From Octopus sinensis (lineage: Eukaryota): a stretch of 64,000 bases of DNA. This document shows, piece after piece, positions 26,308 to 40,778 of the stretch. The translations under genes were made by a program, and so were the position numbers. Position 1 is the first letter of the stretch. The number at the start of each line of letters is the position of its first letter. A model generated the notes under the pieces. That model saw nothing but the letters and a program-made list of their open reading frames with translations. It was not told the DNA's origin and did no database searches. The stretch is taken from the NCBI RefSeq assembly GCF_006345805.1, contig NC_043001.1, forward strand, positions 31,806,001 through 31,870,000. The letters run 5' to 3'.

Positions 26308-27269
26308 TACATACTGCTTAAGTTGAATTAGGTCTTCATGGCCCCGTTAACTTAACCATCTTACAACCAGTATTCGAGTAAAACCGAAAGCACCACTTAC
26401 CACCTTTTAAGAACATTTGAGGTTCAAATACTCCGACGTCTTAATGATATTCATAAGGATATACCCCCAACATCTTAAGGCTATATATTCGATATAATTT
26501 CTTTATCTTAATTTTAATTAAGAGAAATCTACTTTCTGCAGGTGGTTTATATTCCGAACGTAATTGTCTAAGTGTCATTACAACTTCTGAAAATATGTCG
26601 CACCACTGATGCATAATTTTGTTTAATAAATGCTTGATTTTTCAGTGAACAGAGAAAGCTTCTGTTCATCTTCGTCTGAGCTCTTTATTTTCTTGTGCAG
26701 GAATTTCGTTGTCATTTAGAAGAAATTGTTCCTCTTTACCCGGTTTCGTAGTTTAGTGATATGTCTTATCTTTTGTGATTTTCCTCCTTTTTTTTTACCT
26801 TTCGTACTTTTCTCTGTGATATTTCATCCTCATCGTACGATGAAAGTTTAGTACTTAAGGTTGGTACTGTTAGAAGAGAAAGCATCTGTTCATCTATATG
26901 TGATAGCTGACCTAAAGGTATTTCCTTTGTTATTCCCAGAGTTTTGACTAGTGGTGCACGAAAACTGGGTTTGTTGTTCGCTGACTTCCATAATCTGTTA
27001 TCCGTGACTTTAGATATATGTCCACAGGTTTCCTGTGACTCGTACAGCTAGGAAAACTGTTATCTTTCTTTTGTTTCCGAAATTTCCATTTCACAGTATG
27101 TATGTGTCAAATATGTGTCATAAACATAGATTCTCACGTATGTGACAATATGAGTTAATAAACAATATATTGCTTTCTTTGGGCCATTTGTAAATATTTT
27201 CGGGCCAGTCCACATAGATATAAAAGAAAGTTTTCTATCAGTAATATTTTCATAGAATTTATCTGTATT

Positions 27270-27755
27270 CGATATCTTAGAACAATCGGCGTAGCGCATG
27301 GCAATGGCCGCACCGACGACCGACAGAGACTGACAGAATCATTGTAAACAATAACAGTTCTGCGATAGTCCCTGTGGTAAACTGCAGGAAACAGTTGAGC
27401 CTTCACAGACGCCACTATTGGCTACACAACTTGACTTCTGTCATTTAGGATGTCATACTACTAAGCAATTCACCGAGTTTTCCAATTATACTGACATCAC
27501 GAACTTTGTGGTAAGCTATCCGACGATCCACTTTGCTGAAAGACTCTGCAAAGTTCACAAACGACGTTATTTGATTGGTTGAGCGGCTGCTTTAGCGTGC
27601 AGTCATAATACTGTCGCAGTTTTGTGAGACAGCGTTTGCCTGGATAAAAACCATGTTGAGTTTTACTTAGTAAGTAATTTTATGTTAGCAACGTGATCAG
27701 TTTTCCCTTGATGGTTCTTTCCATGACATTGCTGATATGTGAAGGCAGAGATATA
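27270..27755 (-). mobile_element. Degenerate CR1/L2-type reverse transcriptase fragment
   Basis: [35 protein letters not shown] and a YADC remnant of YADD; many lesions. Confidence 0.75.
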
Positions 27756-27769
27756 GGTCGGTAACTTTG

Positions 27770-27877
<108 letters not shown>

Positions 27878-28094
27878 GCTGTCTGTCTGTCTATCAACCT
27901 ACCTACCTACCTACCTACCTACCTACCTACCTACCTACCTATCGACCTATCTACTTACCTACCTATCTATCAGTCTAGCTACCTGTCTCTCGATCTACCA
28001 GTTGATCTATCTGTCTATCTGTGTATGTGTGTGCGTGCTTCTAAGTGTGTAAGTGTGTGTGCGTGTGCGTATGTCCACGCGTGCATGTATGTGT

Positions 28095-28205
28095 GAATAA
28101 GAAACCATTACTCGAAAAATGTCATGAGTCTGCCAAACAGCAGCTGCTATGTGTCTATGGAATTTCAAGTCTCTATTAATGATCACACCAAGACACTCCA
28201 ATTAA
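28095..28205 (-). mobile_element. CR1/L2 post-RT fragment
   Basis: CLGVIINRDLKFHRHI, resembling the DLGV...L.F..HI motif. Confidence 0.5.
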
Positions 28206-28604
28206 TCAACAGCTTTCTGAACATGTCTCTTCATTTCGTAAAAGTAATATAGATATTAATTAATTAATTATCCTGCTAGTGTAGTTCAAAGAATATATTT
28301 CTTTATATTAACAGCAAACATGGACACTAAATATAAAGATAGACAGGATATAAATAGGATAGAAATCGAGTATCAGACAGGTCTAGAAATCATATCGCTT
28401 TGTTTCCGCCATTTTCACCACGTACGTATTACTACAACAGGAGCTTAGTCGTGCTGTATAGTACTTCATATTGCCATACGAAGAATTAGTATATTGGAAT
28501 AACTTAGTACGCTTTGATGACATCACCAATCTCATCAATTTCCTTTCATCTAAATGATCTTTCTCTATCTCTTTCTCTCCTCCTTCACACATTTGCAAAA
28601 AGGC

Positions 28605-28636
<32 letters not shown>

Positions 28637-28793
28637 ATGTGTGTGTGTGTGTGTATACATACATAAATATAAGTATATATATATGTGTGTATATATATGT
28701 GTGTATATATGTGTATATATATATGTGTATATATATATGTGTATATATATATATGTGTGTGTATATATATATATATGTGTATATATATATATG

Positions 28794-28840
<47 letters not shown>

Positions 28841-29147
28841 CTTTATATAAGTATTTACTATGTATGTATATATGCATGCATGTATTATGTATGTATCTAT
28901 CTATCTTTCTATCTATCTGTATCTATATGAATACACACACACACCACACGCATAAATATGTGTATATATACACAAACATATGTGTATATGTATGTATGCG
29001 TTCCTATATATGCAGAAATGTGTTCAAAAGTTGTTTGCAGACGAGTGAAAAAGGACCCAATATATTACGTAGAGTATATATAGAGTATATTTTAAACTGA
29101 ATTACTGAGTTTTACTTAATAGTGATCCTCAGACATATTGCTTTCTT

Positions 29148-29198
<51 letters not shown>

Positions 29199-29852
29199 TT
29201 TAGAAAAAAGTTTTTAGAAATCTTTGATATAAAGAAATTTTTGATTTAGTCACAAAAAGATTTTCCTAAAAATTATAAGTTTGATGAAAGATTTTTTAAA
29301 ATGCAGATTAACGCAGATACAATGAAAGGATAGTTTCGAAATAAGCGCTCATATTAAATAGTCATTGTCTGCCTCAAGTCTTAAATACTTTGTATATATT
29401 TCTCAGATTTGAACTGTCCTTTCAATTCTGAAACCCATTCCTGGATACCAACTTGGGCAATGTAGTTTTTTTTTTTGTGTGGAAATCATGAGTTGTCCAT
29501 GTGACACGTTTCCCTTCATTGTACCAAGAGAAAGGTAAAAGCTGACAGTAGGTAACAACCGTGTCGTTGCAGGCAACCTCGCAATGTAAAGATTCGAAAG
29601 AGACATGGCATTTGTCCAACGCTATAACAATTCCATTCCTTGGCTGATACATTATTTTATCAACCCCCGACATTAAAAGTAAAATCAATGAAATTTGAAC
29701 TGTGGATATAAAAATACTAACCGTAACAAATATAGCAATTCCTTTTACCTGGCGGCTTGATGACTCTACTTATGCACCATCGTATACATGTATGTATGTA
29801 TGTATGTATGTATGTATGTATGTATGTATGTATGTATGTATGTATGTATGTA

Positions 29853-30345
29853 TGGAAGAGCAGCATGTGCCATCAAAGTGACGCTGGGCTATAACTATAC
29901 GAAATCCAATAAATTCGTCTGATAAAGTTACACCCCAGGTACATACATCCCAACCATATGCGCGCGACATGGAGATCTCATACCAAGATAAACAGAGCAT
30001 GACCTTGTAGCTGAGACCCAGTTAGAATTTTTTTCAGGTCGAATAGCCTATGCCACCAAAAATGTCCCTGAATAAAGTTTGTCTAAGGAAAATGAATGAA
30101 ACACTCATGTTTTCGGTGTTGAATTATTCAACCCTTAAAGAATCTTTCTAAACACATGACTATGATGCTCCCACTCTACTCTTGTTCTTGATCAGAGATG
30201 CACAAACCGTCATCCACCAAGGGACATACTCAACGGGTTATTATCAAGCAACTGACAAGGTAATCTGTGGTACTGAGGAGAATATTTGCTGTAGCTCTTT
30301 TAGACCAAAATAAAACATATATTAGCACTTCTAATCAGTTAAGAG
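29853..30345. mobile_element. Unclassified microsatellite-embedded element, copy 3, in (TATG)n
   Basis: Collinear with 772-1305; (gtat)n on both sides. Confidence 0.75.
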
Positions 30346-30421
30346 TAGATGTATGCATGTATGTATGTATGTATGTATGTATGTATGTATGTATGTATGT
30401 ATGTATGTATGTATGTATGTA

Positions 30422-30895
30422 CGTCTCTTCTATTTTTTGATTATTATAAATCTTCCATTGAAGAGGGAGCCGGTTTCCAATAAAGATACACAGCTGCATC
30501 TTTGGGATGTAGTTAACACAGACAAATTCACATTCGGAACTTGAGAAAAGTCTTGTATATTTTTACTGTTCCACTCACATATTGCACTTATAATGTACGA
30601 ATTAGCCGGTCGGTTTCTCTTACTGAAAATCCCAATTTATCCAAATTTTCCTTTAAGCGTTTACTAAAAAACCTAGTCTTCCAATTATTATTGGCATGAA
30701 TCTAAATTCATAGTTTGGATATATATATAGAAGCTGGAGGTTTCGAAGCAGTTGTCCATAGATATCCTCTTTTTCTTTGATTTTCAAAGAGATATTTATA
30801 TCTGTAGGACAGCTGATCTCTATGATGGTACATACCTTTGTCCCTCTGTCCCAAACAACAATATCCGACCTGTTAGGATTACATTTGACAGAAAT
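30422..30895 (-). mobile_element. RLE-type LINE 3' fragment ending in (TACA)n
   Basis: NRSDIVVWDRGTKVCTIIEISCPTDINISLKIKEKEDIYGQLLRNLQLLY..GTVKIYKTFLKF. Confidence 0.8.
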
Positions 30896-30937
30896 TTTGT
30901 CAAACTTCGATGAAGGGTTTTATTTAAATAAAACCCT

Positions 30938-30983
30938 TCTCCGATGAAGGGATATAATAAATATCCTGGAAACAGCTGTAAGA
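30938..30983 (+). ncRNA. Degenerate hammerhead-like motif (CCGA core)
   Basis: TCT CCGATGA A GGGATAT aataa ATATCCT G GAAAC AGCT GTA AGA. Confidence 0.45.
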
Positions 30984-33144
30984 CCTATTTATAAATGTTC
31001 TAAAATCTTCGCAGCTTTGGCTTTTTATCTCATTCTGAAAACATTTATATATATATATATATATACATATACACTAAAAAACGACTTAGCAAATCCTATC
31101 AGATGGTGCTATTAAGTTAGGCATGGCCTGGTCCAGTCTTTGGTCGAAACATATCTAAGTTATCTAAGTATAGGCATGTATATAATTTATCTGTATATTT
31201 ATATACATATATATTTTCGTAATATGTATGCATAAAGACACATACACGCATCTCTGTGTCTATACATATGTATGCGTGCCTATGTGTGTATGTGTGTGTG
31301 TGTACGTGTGCGTGTGTGTTACTGGAAACCTTAATATAAGATGGTACAGATCGAAATGTAAATTCTTTTTTATATTATTCAATAGACTTTGACTGTCTCT
31401 GTAGCTAATGCACAGTGATGACTGACTATATCGCACAGAAACACACAGGTATATACATACATGGATACCTACCTACATATAAATACCTAGATACATTAAG
31501 TAGTTATTTCATTGAAGTAGCATTTTACAATGAAGTTGCTATCAACCATTGATCATCAGCATTGAATAAATACTTAGGTATGCTGTTATTTTAGTCGTTC
31601 AGCTGATATAACTAAACACTTTACTAATGTCTCTTATACTTAACACCAATCACAACTAAATTTCTAGAATAAGTGTTGTTCTGTATATCAAGTTATCTCC
31701 AACAAATGTTCGTTTCTACGAATACATCTTTTCGTCTTCCTTTTCCAACCTTCTCTCTTTCTTTCATGCTCATCATTCTTTCTTTCTTCTTCTCTTTCCT
31801 CTCTATTTTCTTTCTTCCTCTCTATGACAACAGAGATATATATCAGAAGATCGTTCATAGCATTTGCATGTACTTTGCCAGTCGATAAGTCTGCATAGTT
31901 ATAGTGTATTATTTCACGACACCGATGAACGTCGTATTATGAAATGCAGCCTCTTAGCCAGCAAACCCTGCACTCTGCTTTCAATTTCCGTTTTTTTTAT
32001 CACCTTACTAATATAGTTAATATTATACAGAAAAGAATGAACGTCATTGAATCTCAAGTGCTCATCACTTCACAATTACGAGGCTTAGTGCTTGCCTAAT
32101 AAACCATCATACCATACATTGCATTACAGCCGCTTCTCTTTTGCATCTCACTCCCACTTTCGAACTTAGTCGGAATCATTATTACTTTTATGTTTTTCTT
32201 CCGAGAGTCAATAAAATGAGCATCATTTATGTATTAAAGCATCAATTTTACGGACCAAACTATTTAATTCTGAATCTGGTAATATTAAGTGGTTGAGAAA
32301 CAAATCTATATCCCTTGGATAAAACACTAGGTCAAACCTCGAAGACATATTAGCTAGTCTCTTGCTATGCAAATAAAATTAAATATGTTATCTAAAAGAC
32401 ATAATGGAATTGTTATAATAGAAAAAATTTGATTATCACCCGCGTGTAAACTGACTTGTTCCGCGCATGCGCGGTCATTAAGCCTACATTTTTTCTTCTT
32501 AAATGAGGAAATAGACCACAAAAAGATAATTCTTCGCGAAAGCCAACCGATTTCAGTGTCTCTTGAACTGAACACCTCAAGATTACGAAACACTGTTTAA
32601 CTGTACGTAGTATCATTCCTTGCAGTACTGAGGTATTTCTATACAGTTAGGTATAATGGGCTAGTGTGTTAAATGCCTTGCTAAAGAGCTCAAATCTGCA
32701 TCAGAGACAGAATGTGACCCGTTCAAAATTTCAGTTGACTGTTTGTCTCTCAGGAACTATTATAATAGAAACCTTTGACATACTATATTGTACAAACACT
32801 CCTTTCAAGAAGAACTGAACCATTTGTGGTGGCTACTGTGGTGACACTTTGTTTTAAAGTTGGAGACTGTAGCGTCAAAACGGCTCTCCCAACCTTTAAT
32901 TGGTAAAAAATTCGACGCTTTGTTTACTCAAAATAATTGAGGAAATGAGTGAATTTACAGAACTAATCACAAATTCCGCCTTGAAGGGCAAAAATATAAC
33001 GGAGATACGGTGTTCCTCACAATCTTTGGCGCTTTATGCGATACATGGAGCAATATTTTTGAATATAAAACGAGACATCCGATCGACTCGAAGCGAACAT
33101 ATTGCTTTAACCACCACATCATCATCATCATCATCATCTATTTC

Positions 33145-33372
33145 TATTTCTTTACTACCCACAAGGGACTAAACACAGAGGGGACAAACAAGGACTGACA
33201 AACGGATTAAGTCGATTACATTGACCCCCGTGCGTAACTGGTGCTTAATTTATCGACCCCGAAAGGATGAAAGGCAAGGTCGACCTCGGCGGAATTTGAA
33301 CTCAAAACGTAACGGCAGACGAAATACGGCTACGCATTTCGCCCGGCGTGCTAACGTTTCAGCCAGCTCGCC
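33145..33372 (-). mobile_element. Family B SINE inserted in (CAT)n
   Basis: Full reverse copy; ccacatcatcatcatc on both sides. Confidence 0.9.
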
Positions 33373-33649
33373 ACATCATCATCATCCTCCTCCTCCTCAT
33401 CATCATCTTCATCATCTTCATCATCATCAGCAGCAGTAGCACCACCACCACCAACACCACCACCACCAATAACAACAACAACAACAACAACAGCGACAAC
33501 AATAAATATGGATACAATTGAATGCCTACTCATTGATTAATTATAGATATTTTAATGTGGTCGATATTTTTAAACGAATGCCAACTATTTATAAAGGGAT
33601 TAAAGTAAATCAGTTCAAATCTCGTAATAATTGACAAATTTGATGAATT

Positions 33650-36050
33650 GCATCATTTTACGTGAAAACTGAAGGAAATGGAGGAACGAAAAAAAACTTT
33701 ACATATCAGGTCAATGGAAATTCTAGAACAATTATACAGAACAATACGTTTAGTATTCTTAAGTAAATCCGAGCAAAATGGATATCAAAGAAACAACAGA
33801 AATGATGAAGATATAGCAAGATTAGTGTATTTAATTAAAAGCCAAAAATGGCCAACAATGGAACAAAATACTTGGTTACCAGAAAATTTTGCTTTTTAGA
33901 ACATGGTTAAAACACAATAGCAAAGCAGAAATAGATGAACGTTCGATGACTTCACCATAGTTTTTTTTTTTACGAACACTACAGATAAAATTGATTTGGA
34001 ATGAACCAGGATGGCAAAAATGTCTAAGGAGAAACCTCATTAAACCAAACAAAGATGGAAATAGAAGTGCTAAAATTGAGAGCATCAAGGAATAGATAAT
34101 AATTCAGAACCATCGATGAACAAATATATGCTGAATTCAATAAAATAGAAAACAAGAAAAAAAGCAGATGAATTACTTACAGACAAAGTTTAAAAACTGG
34201 GGGAATATAAACCTGAAGAATTTGACTTGTTTCAACGCTGAGAAATATCTGGTTTCACAATTATGAAGCTGAATTCAAAAGCAGCACAATTTCAAAAACC
34301 TGTTCTTGAAGATCTGAAGAAAATAAATGGGAATAAACCTGTGCAGAAGCGGTCAAGCAGCTTTTAGAAAGATCAAATTATAAGGGTTTGGAACAGTGCA
34401 GAAAAAAAAAGGTAAAAGAAAATGGCCATCTTCAAAATTTTATGTCAATCGTTAAAAAGACATAAGTAACACCCGAATAGGTCAATAACAAGAAATGATT
34501 TTCAAGATAGAAGTATCAAGTTTTCTTCAACAATGAAAAGTAATCAAATAGATAGCTTTGAAACTTGTCCAAGGTGCACAGAATCCGAATCTCCATTTAA
34601 CAACTTCAGGCGGTTAACTTTGCTGCGAAGAACACAAATAGAACCAGAAATACTGATAATTCAAGGCAAGTTAAAGTAACCGTTTCTAGGCCCTGTACAG
34701 AGGAACAAAAATACCCAGTAGAACCAAACAAATGAACTAACCAAAATAATTAATAATAAAATCATCAAAGACATTAACAATATACACTAATACTAACAAA
34801 AAAAGACTAAAATTTACCACGAACCCTTGGAGATTTTGATTACAATGAAATTTAAGGCCATGTTTCAGAATTATGTTGAAAAAGTGCGGCTCACGAAAGA
34901 ATTATTTGATAAGAATAACACTGACGAATTGCTTGTTTAAACAAATGTAGCTTATATTCTTCACCAAAAGTGAATGTTTTCTACTTTCAATGTGATATCT
35001 TACACCAACAAGGAATTAAGTCAAATTTTATCACTAATGAATACGAAAATATAATTGAATTGAAAAAATTATAGTTACATGACAATTTAAAAAGCCGATA
35101 AATGGAGTACAGTTATATTAGTAGTTAATGAATATCATAAAAATATTTTTATATCTTCCCTGGAAAATATTACAAGGCTAAAAATACAGCCTGCAGAAAA
35201 TTATAAATAATCTTACAGCCTTATTACCGACAAAAATCCGGAACTGCGACTGGAATCAAAGCAACCACAAATTACGAAGCTTTATGCATGGGGTAAACGG
35301 AAGGTACAATGTATTAAGATTCGCAACGCAAACACACAAGTTTTCTATCAATATGACATTGGAAAAAGATTCTGGACTATTGCCTTAATTTAGAGAATGA
35401 AAGCATAGAAAAATTAACTTTAAACTATTAAGTAAAGTAACAAATAATACTATTTAATTTACAATGAAATACAGTCAAGAAACATTGTCAGTTTTAGATA
35501 TTTAAGTAGTGAAAGTCAACAATATAATTGGAACAGACATATGTTAAAAAACCTACATACTCAAAACAATATCTAATCTTTATTTCAATTCGCCCGAAAT
35601 ATACGAAAAATTTAATTTATGCATATTTGTATCCAATAAAATTACTCGTGATATAGAGCTTCAACGACTAAAAGTTACTCTTTTTGAAAGACTTTATCCA
35701 CTAGCTTTTCTTTGCAACTGGATAAATTGTGAATGCTACCATACTCACAATCCTAGAAAAGACCCAAAAAAACCCAGAAACAAAAGCAAAATGTGACGAT
35801 GCTGAAAAATGAAAAAATGGTTGCCAGAATAAATAGGTTTTACTGATACATATTATTTTAAAAGACAAAAGATAACCAAAATCATCAAAAAGAATAATAA
35901 GTGCCCATTAATGATCAATGAGAATGACCTTAAGAAAAGGAATGGCGTTACAAAGAGAACAAATTCAATTTCCCAGGTACATGCATATATCTTTTAGTGA
36001 ACATATATTGATACATATGCTACTAATAGTTAACTAAATTTGAAAAAATT
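33650..36050 (+). mobile_element. Old, heavily decayed Penelope-like element
   Basis: With frameshifts: HWKRFLDYC (about 35355-35390) and LDI*VVKVNNIIGTDI..KPTYSKQYL..SNKITRDIELQRLKVTL (about 35495-35685), paralleling WKRYLDDC and FLDILIKKFNNVIETDIYYKPTDSKQYL of the 38.5-39.3 kb element. Confidence 0.65.
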
Positions 36051-36479
36051 ATTCCCAACACTGAAGTTATTGGACATATGAACAAAAGCAAGGGAATAAA
36101 GAGCTTTCATTAACTGAAAAAACTTTCAACCAGGTTTAAGTATAATTGATTAATATTTAATGAATTAATATTAATATTAATTAATTATAATTTATCGAAG
36201 AACCTCTAATACTTCATTCATTATCGCTGCTATTACTGTTAACAGTAGTCATTTATATATTTCCCTATTGCATTTAATAATATCTAGCCTTGAAATTATA
36301 GCATGGTTCATTACAAAGCCAAAGACTATCTTTACAAATATGAAACCGTTACTTGAACATTCAAGTTTTATCATAAAGATTTCACTACATTTTTTCTTTT
36401 TCATTTTCGAAAAGAAAAGTGCTACATTTATATTTCCTCCCTCTGTGTTCAGCCCTGTGTGACCAATAAAGAAAGTAAG

Positions 36480-36581
<102 letters not shown>

Positions 36582-36918
36582 GTCTGTCTGTCTGTGTGTC
36601 TGTCTGTCTACTTGCAAACAAATGTGGTAACATGTAACATTATTGACCGAGGTTACCGTGGTATTTTCCGTAGGCTTTTCTTTCCACGGATAAACCTTAT
36701 CTGCTCCCCGCTTTACACTTTACATCATGACATTTCTGTGATACTCGATCCCTATAGATCGTTTTTTTCTTTCCCTTTTTTTCTTTCCCTTTTACGATCC
36801 CTTTTGATCGAAAACCTACCCCAAAAAGAAAAGCTCGACTTTGTAATCTGTCCCGTCTGTGTGCAACCCTGTGTGACTAATAAAGAAACATATCTATCTA
36901 TCTATATCTATATATATC

Positions 36919-37263
36919 AAAATTAAGGAATGGAGTAGATAAAAATCTGGGCTAGATATGTTTCACAGGAAGCGGAACCTCGGAAATAGTAATTATCCAA
37001 AACGAGGAGTATATCGCAAGCTTGTCTTCAGTCCAGTGATATCTTGATTACATGAAAGACCGATGTACACATTCACACGCACACAGAAAGGCATATATAC
37101 ATATACCAATAATAAATATATTTTTTAATGTCAATAGTATAATCGATTATCTTTATGTAAATAAAATTCATTTTCCTTTCTTTCAGATAATTACTACGTC
37201 CGTTGTTTCGCTTGCTGTGAAACATATGTAGCCCGGATTTTATCCACTCCATTTCTCAATTTT
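36919..37263. repeat. Foldback element, ~78-bp imperfect inverted arms (36919-36997 / 37186-37263)
   Basis: ggagtagataaaaatctgggctagatatgtttcacag..tagtaattatc vs reverse complement ggagtggataaaatccgggctacatatgtttcacag..tagtaattatc. Confidence 0.8.
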
Positions 37264-37499
37264 GGATTTATATTCGCATACTCAGCAATCCCAGTTGCAA
37301 ATCATGACCTAAGAAATAACTTTTTTTTCAGCTTATCGTACTTCGATACGGGAAAAATTCACAAACAACTGTGCCAATAAACCACTATGCTTTTTAAAAA
37401 TACCTTCTACGGATTGCTTGAAGCTCACTAATTTTCTATACCCCCTTGGTCCTTGGATCTTACCTTTATACACTAATATATATATATATATATATATAT

Positions 37500-39400
37500 G
37501 AAAAAATAAGTCAAAATAGAAAATGCTAAAATAATTTTATAAAGAACATTTCAGTACCGGTTTCAGTCATTTTGAGACCTTTTCAACTGTAACGATTAAA
37601 TAATTAAATTTAGAAAAATTAAAAGAAATGTTTTTTTAAAAGAATATTTGTATAGTGTTCAAATATAAGTGGCATTTTCCTTGTTTCTGCCTTGCTCTGT
37701 CTCTCTTGTTCACACTTGTGGGTTCGAGGTCGTTGTGAATTCTTTTGGGAGTGCCTTGATTGTTGTATTTTGAATGGTCAGTGGCCGCTAGCAGTTCATG
37801 ACAGTATTTCTATTGAAAGGTTTGTCTATAGAATTTGCGTAGGTGTTATACTAAAAAGCATTAGCGATAAAGTTAGGAAGTAGAAGGGGGAGAAGAAGAA
37901 GAAGAAGAAGAAGAAGAAGGAGAAGAAGAAGAAGAAGAAGAGGAGGTAGAAGATGATGATGATGATGATAATGATGATGATGAAGAAGAAGAAGAAGAAA
38001 GAGGAGGGAGAATATGAATGAGTGGCAGTAGTGAGGTGTTGCATGACTTAAAGTTGGCACGCTATGGGTTATAGCTGTGATTGGGGCTGATTTGTAGTGG
38101 ATTCTTAAGAATGTAATATTTGCGTGTGTATTTGTGCTATTCTAAGGCAGAGGGGTATATATCCTTTGTCGTAAACCCGTTCAGAAGGGGCTTATATTTT
38201 GTAATAAAGAGAGTTTCTTTACTTATTCGTTGGCTCGAGGTTGTATTGTCTCTGAATTGGTAGAGGGGGAAAATCCTGAAGTTTGGTGTTTTGTTGTCGG
38301 CGCAAGTATCTATGTGTTGGCTGAAAGTTATTTTTCTGTTTTGGGGAATTTTTATCTGGATCTGTACAGGGCCATTCTTTTACACAAACTATTTTTCGTT
38401 TGGCCTATGTATTGCTCTTGACACCTAGAGCAAGTTAGTGTTTATATCAGGTTCTCCGAAGCACATGTGAAGTTGCTTTTCACTGCAAACCGTTGTCCCT
38501 GTTTGAAGGAGAACTATGATCCTTCAATTAGATAATCGCATATCCCGCAATTTGGTCTTCCACATTTTTTTACTGTCGGCTTCTGTGTTGTAGAGTGTTT
38601 TCGGGCTTGTGTTAGGAGACTTTTCATAGATTTAGGCTGTCTCTTGCTTTTTATGATCATGTGTGTTTGGAGAATTGTGTTCATTCTGTGGTCTTTTTTT
38701 AGCAGGGGTATGTTTTGGAGGATGGTGTCGAAGGCCTCATTGTTGAGAGGGTTGTGTGTGGAGATGTATAGTAAGGGTTTTGGTCGTAAATTTTTCTTTG
38801 ATTTGAGATGTCTGAGTTCTTGGATGTTGAGTTGGAGGGCACGTGGAATGCATATGTCAAAAAGGGAAGGTGGGTAGTTCCTGGTAATGAGAGTATCTTT
38901 TAGTTCTTGTAGTCGTGTGTCTCTGGTGTTTGTATTAGAAACTATAGGGCATATCCTTTTTGCTAGATTGAAGGGGATGTTCATTCTGGTGTGTCTGGGA
39001 TGGCATGAATTGAAAGGAAGATATTGCTTAGAATCTGTAGGCTTATAGTATATATCTGTTTCTATTACATTATTAAATTTCTTAATAAGGATATCGAGGA
39101 AGGGGAGTTGTTGCTGGCTATATTTTATCGTGAATTGGATGTTTACGTCCAGTCCATTTAAAATTGCTTGGAATTCTTTGAGTTTCTCTATATTTTCATG
39201 CCAAAGGATGAAACAGTCATCTAGGTATCTCTTCCAGTTGTTTTCTATGTAGAGGGAGAAAGGGCTGCCATATCTTTCTAGAACCTTACGATACAGACTG
39301 ATTTCTAAATAGCCCATGACTAGGTTGGCAAAGGAGGGGTCATTCGCGTACCTATAGCAGTCCCCGATTTTTGTCGGTAGAAGTTGTCTTTGAAGGCAAA
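37500..39400 (-). mobile_element. 5'-truncated Penelope-like element: RT C-half, GIY-YIG endonuclease and downstream pLTR-like region
   Basis: FYRQKSGTAIGT..; ORF 38514-39317 WKRYLDDCF, LPFLDI, YYKPTD, CHP, CGRPNCGIC; frameshifted NLIYTLTCSRCQEQYIGQT..RM (GIY-YIG); decayed hammerhead at 37552-37590 on the same strand. Confidence 0.9.
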
Positions 39401-39454
39401 GAAGTTATATATATATATATATATATATCTATATATATATATATATTATATATA

Positions 39455-39630
39455 TATGGAGAATTTACGAAAAAAACAACAAAAGACGAAGACAGGTGGT
39501 GTACAAAACAAACAGCTGTATTAGTATAACGTTCAGGAATAGAACAAAGTCTTTTACGTTTCGAGCCTACGACCTTCTACAGAAAGGGACACAGAAAAAG
39601 GAGAGAAACAAGGAGAGAAAAAAAGAGAGA
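39455..39630 (-). mobile_element. pLTR-like unit with A6U hammerhead-like motif (39551-39586)
   Basis: Reverse complement: CTTT CTGTAGA A GGTC gtag GCTC GAAAC GTA AAAG. Confidence 0.6.
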
Positions 39631-39744
39631 AAAAATTAAGGAATAAAGTAGATAAAATCCGGGCTAGATATGTTTCACAGGAAATAGTAATTATCCAAAA
39701 CGAGAAGTATATCGCAAGCTTGTCCAATGATATCTTGATTATAT

Positions 39745-39947
39745 ATGACCGCGTGTGTATCGTTGGCGATTTTCTTCCTCCGTCTTCCCTACCTTGGACC
39801 TTTCCTTTTTCTATGTTTCTGACGAAGAGCTCCGCTCGAAACGTTAAATCCTCCTCCTTTCTTTCCTTTCCAGAGCGTCCAATAATACTATACTTGTTCC
39901 ACGTTCTCGCGTTGTTGTGTTTTCTCTTTGCGATTTCATGTTTGGAT

Positions 39948-39955
<8 letters not shown>
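39745..39955 (+). mobile_element. ~200-bp (TA)n-flanked unit with hammerhead motif (39816-39848, canonical core)
   Basis: TTT CTGACGA A GAGC tcc GCTC GAAAC GTT AAA. Confidence 0.7.
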
Positions 39956-40019
<64 letters not shown>

Positions 40020-40020
40020 C

Positions 40021-40425
40021 GCAGGAGTAGTTGTGTGTTAACTAGCTTGGTTACCACCACATGGTTCCGGGCTCAGTGACACTACGTGGCACCTTAGGCA
40101 AGAGTCTTCCACTATAGTCTCGGTAGACGGAAACTGAAAAAAACCATCGTATATATGTATATATATATATTATATATATATATATATACGTATGTGTGTG
40201 TGTGTGTATGTTAGTGTGTCTGTGTTTGTCCACTCCCGACAACATCTTTTGAAAACCGATGCTGGTGTGTTTACGTCCCCGTAACTTAGTGGTTCGGCAA
40301 AAAGAACCCGATAGAATATGTACTAGGCTTATAAAGACTAAGTCCTGGGGTCGATTTGCACGACTAAAAGCGGTGCTCCAGCATGGCCGCGCTCAAATAA
40401 CTGAAACAAGTAAAATAGTAAAAGA
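40021..40425 (+). mobile_element. SINE family A
   Basis: Head-(TA)n-tail. Confidence 0.9.
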
Positions 40426-40579
40426 GTATATATATACAAATTGAGATAGGGGTTTTGTTATATATTTTTATGTAGTGGTTTAATAAAGTATGTGATTGGG
40501 TATTATCTGGTAGTTGATAAATGATTTAGATGTATTTCTCCATTTTCTTATTTTGTATTAATATATATATATATATATA

Positions 40580-40712
40580 GTTAATCCAAACAAGAAAACA
40601 CAAAAAAACAACAACGCGAGGACGTGGAATAAATATAGTATTATTGGACGCTCAGGAAGGAAGGAAAGAAGGAGGGTTTAACGTTTCGAGCGGAGCTCTT
40701 CGTCGAAAACAC
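40580..40712 (-). mobile_element. Partial inverted copy of the 200-bp hammerhead unit (motif 40676-40710, TCGA core)
   Basis: Reverse complement: GTTT TCGACGA A GAGC tcc GCTC GAAAC GTT AAAC. Confidence 0.7.
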
Positions 40713-40718
40713 ACACAC

Positions 40719-40772
<54 letters not shown>

Positions 40773-40778
40773 TATATA

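Noticed and set aside
37186-37380. Plus-strand exon after tttcctttctttcag
   Set aside because: The segment is the right arm of the foldback element; no donor site or homology.
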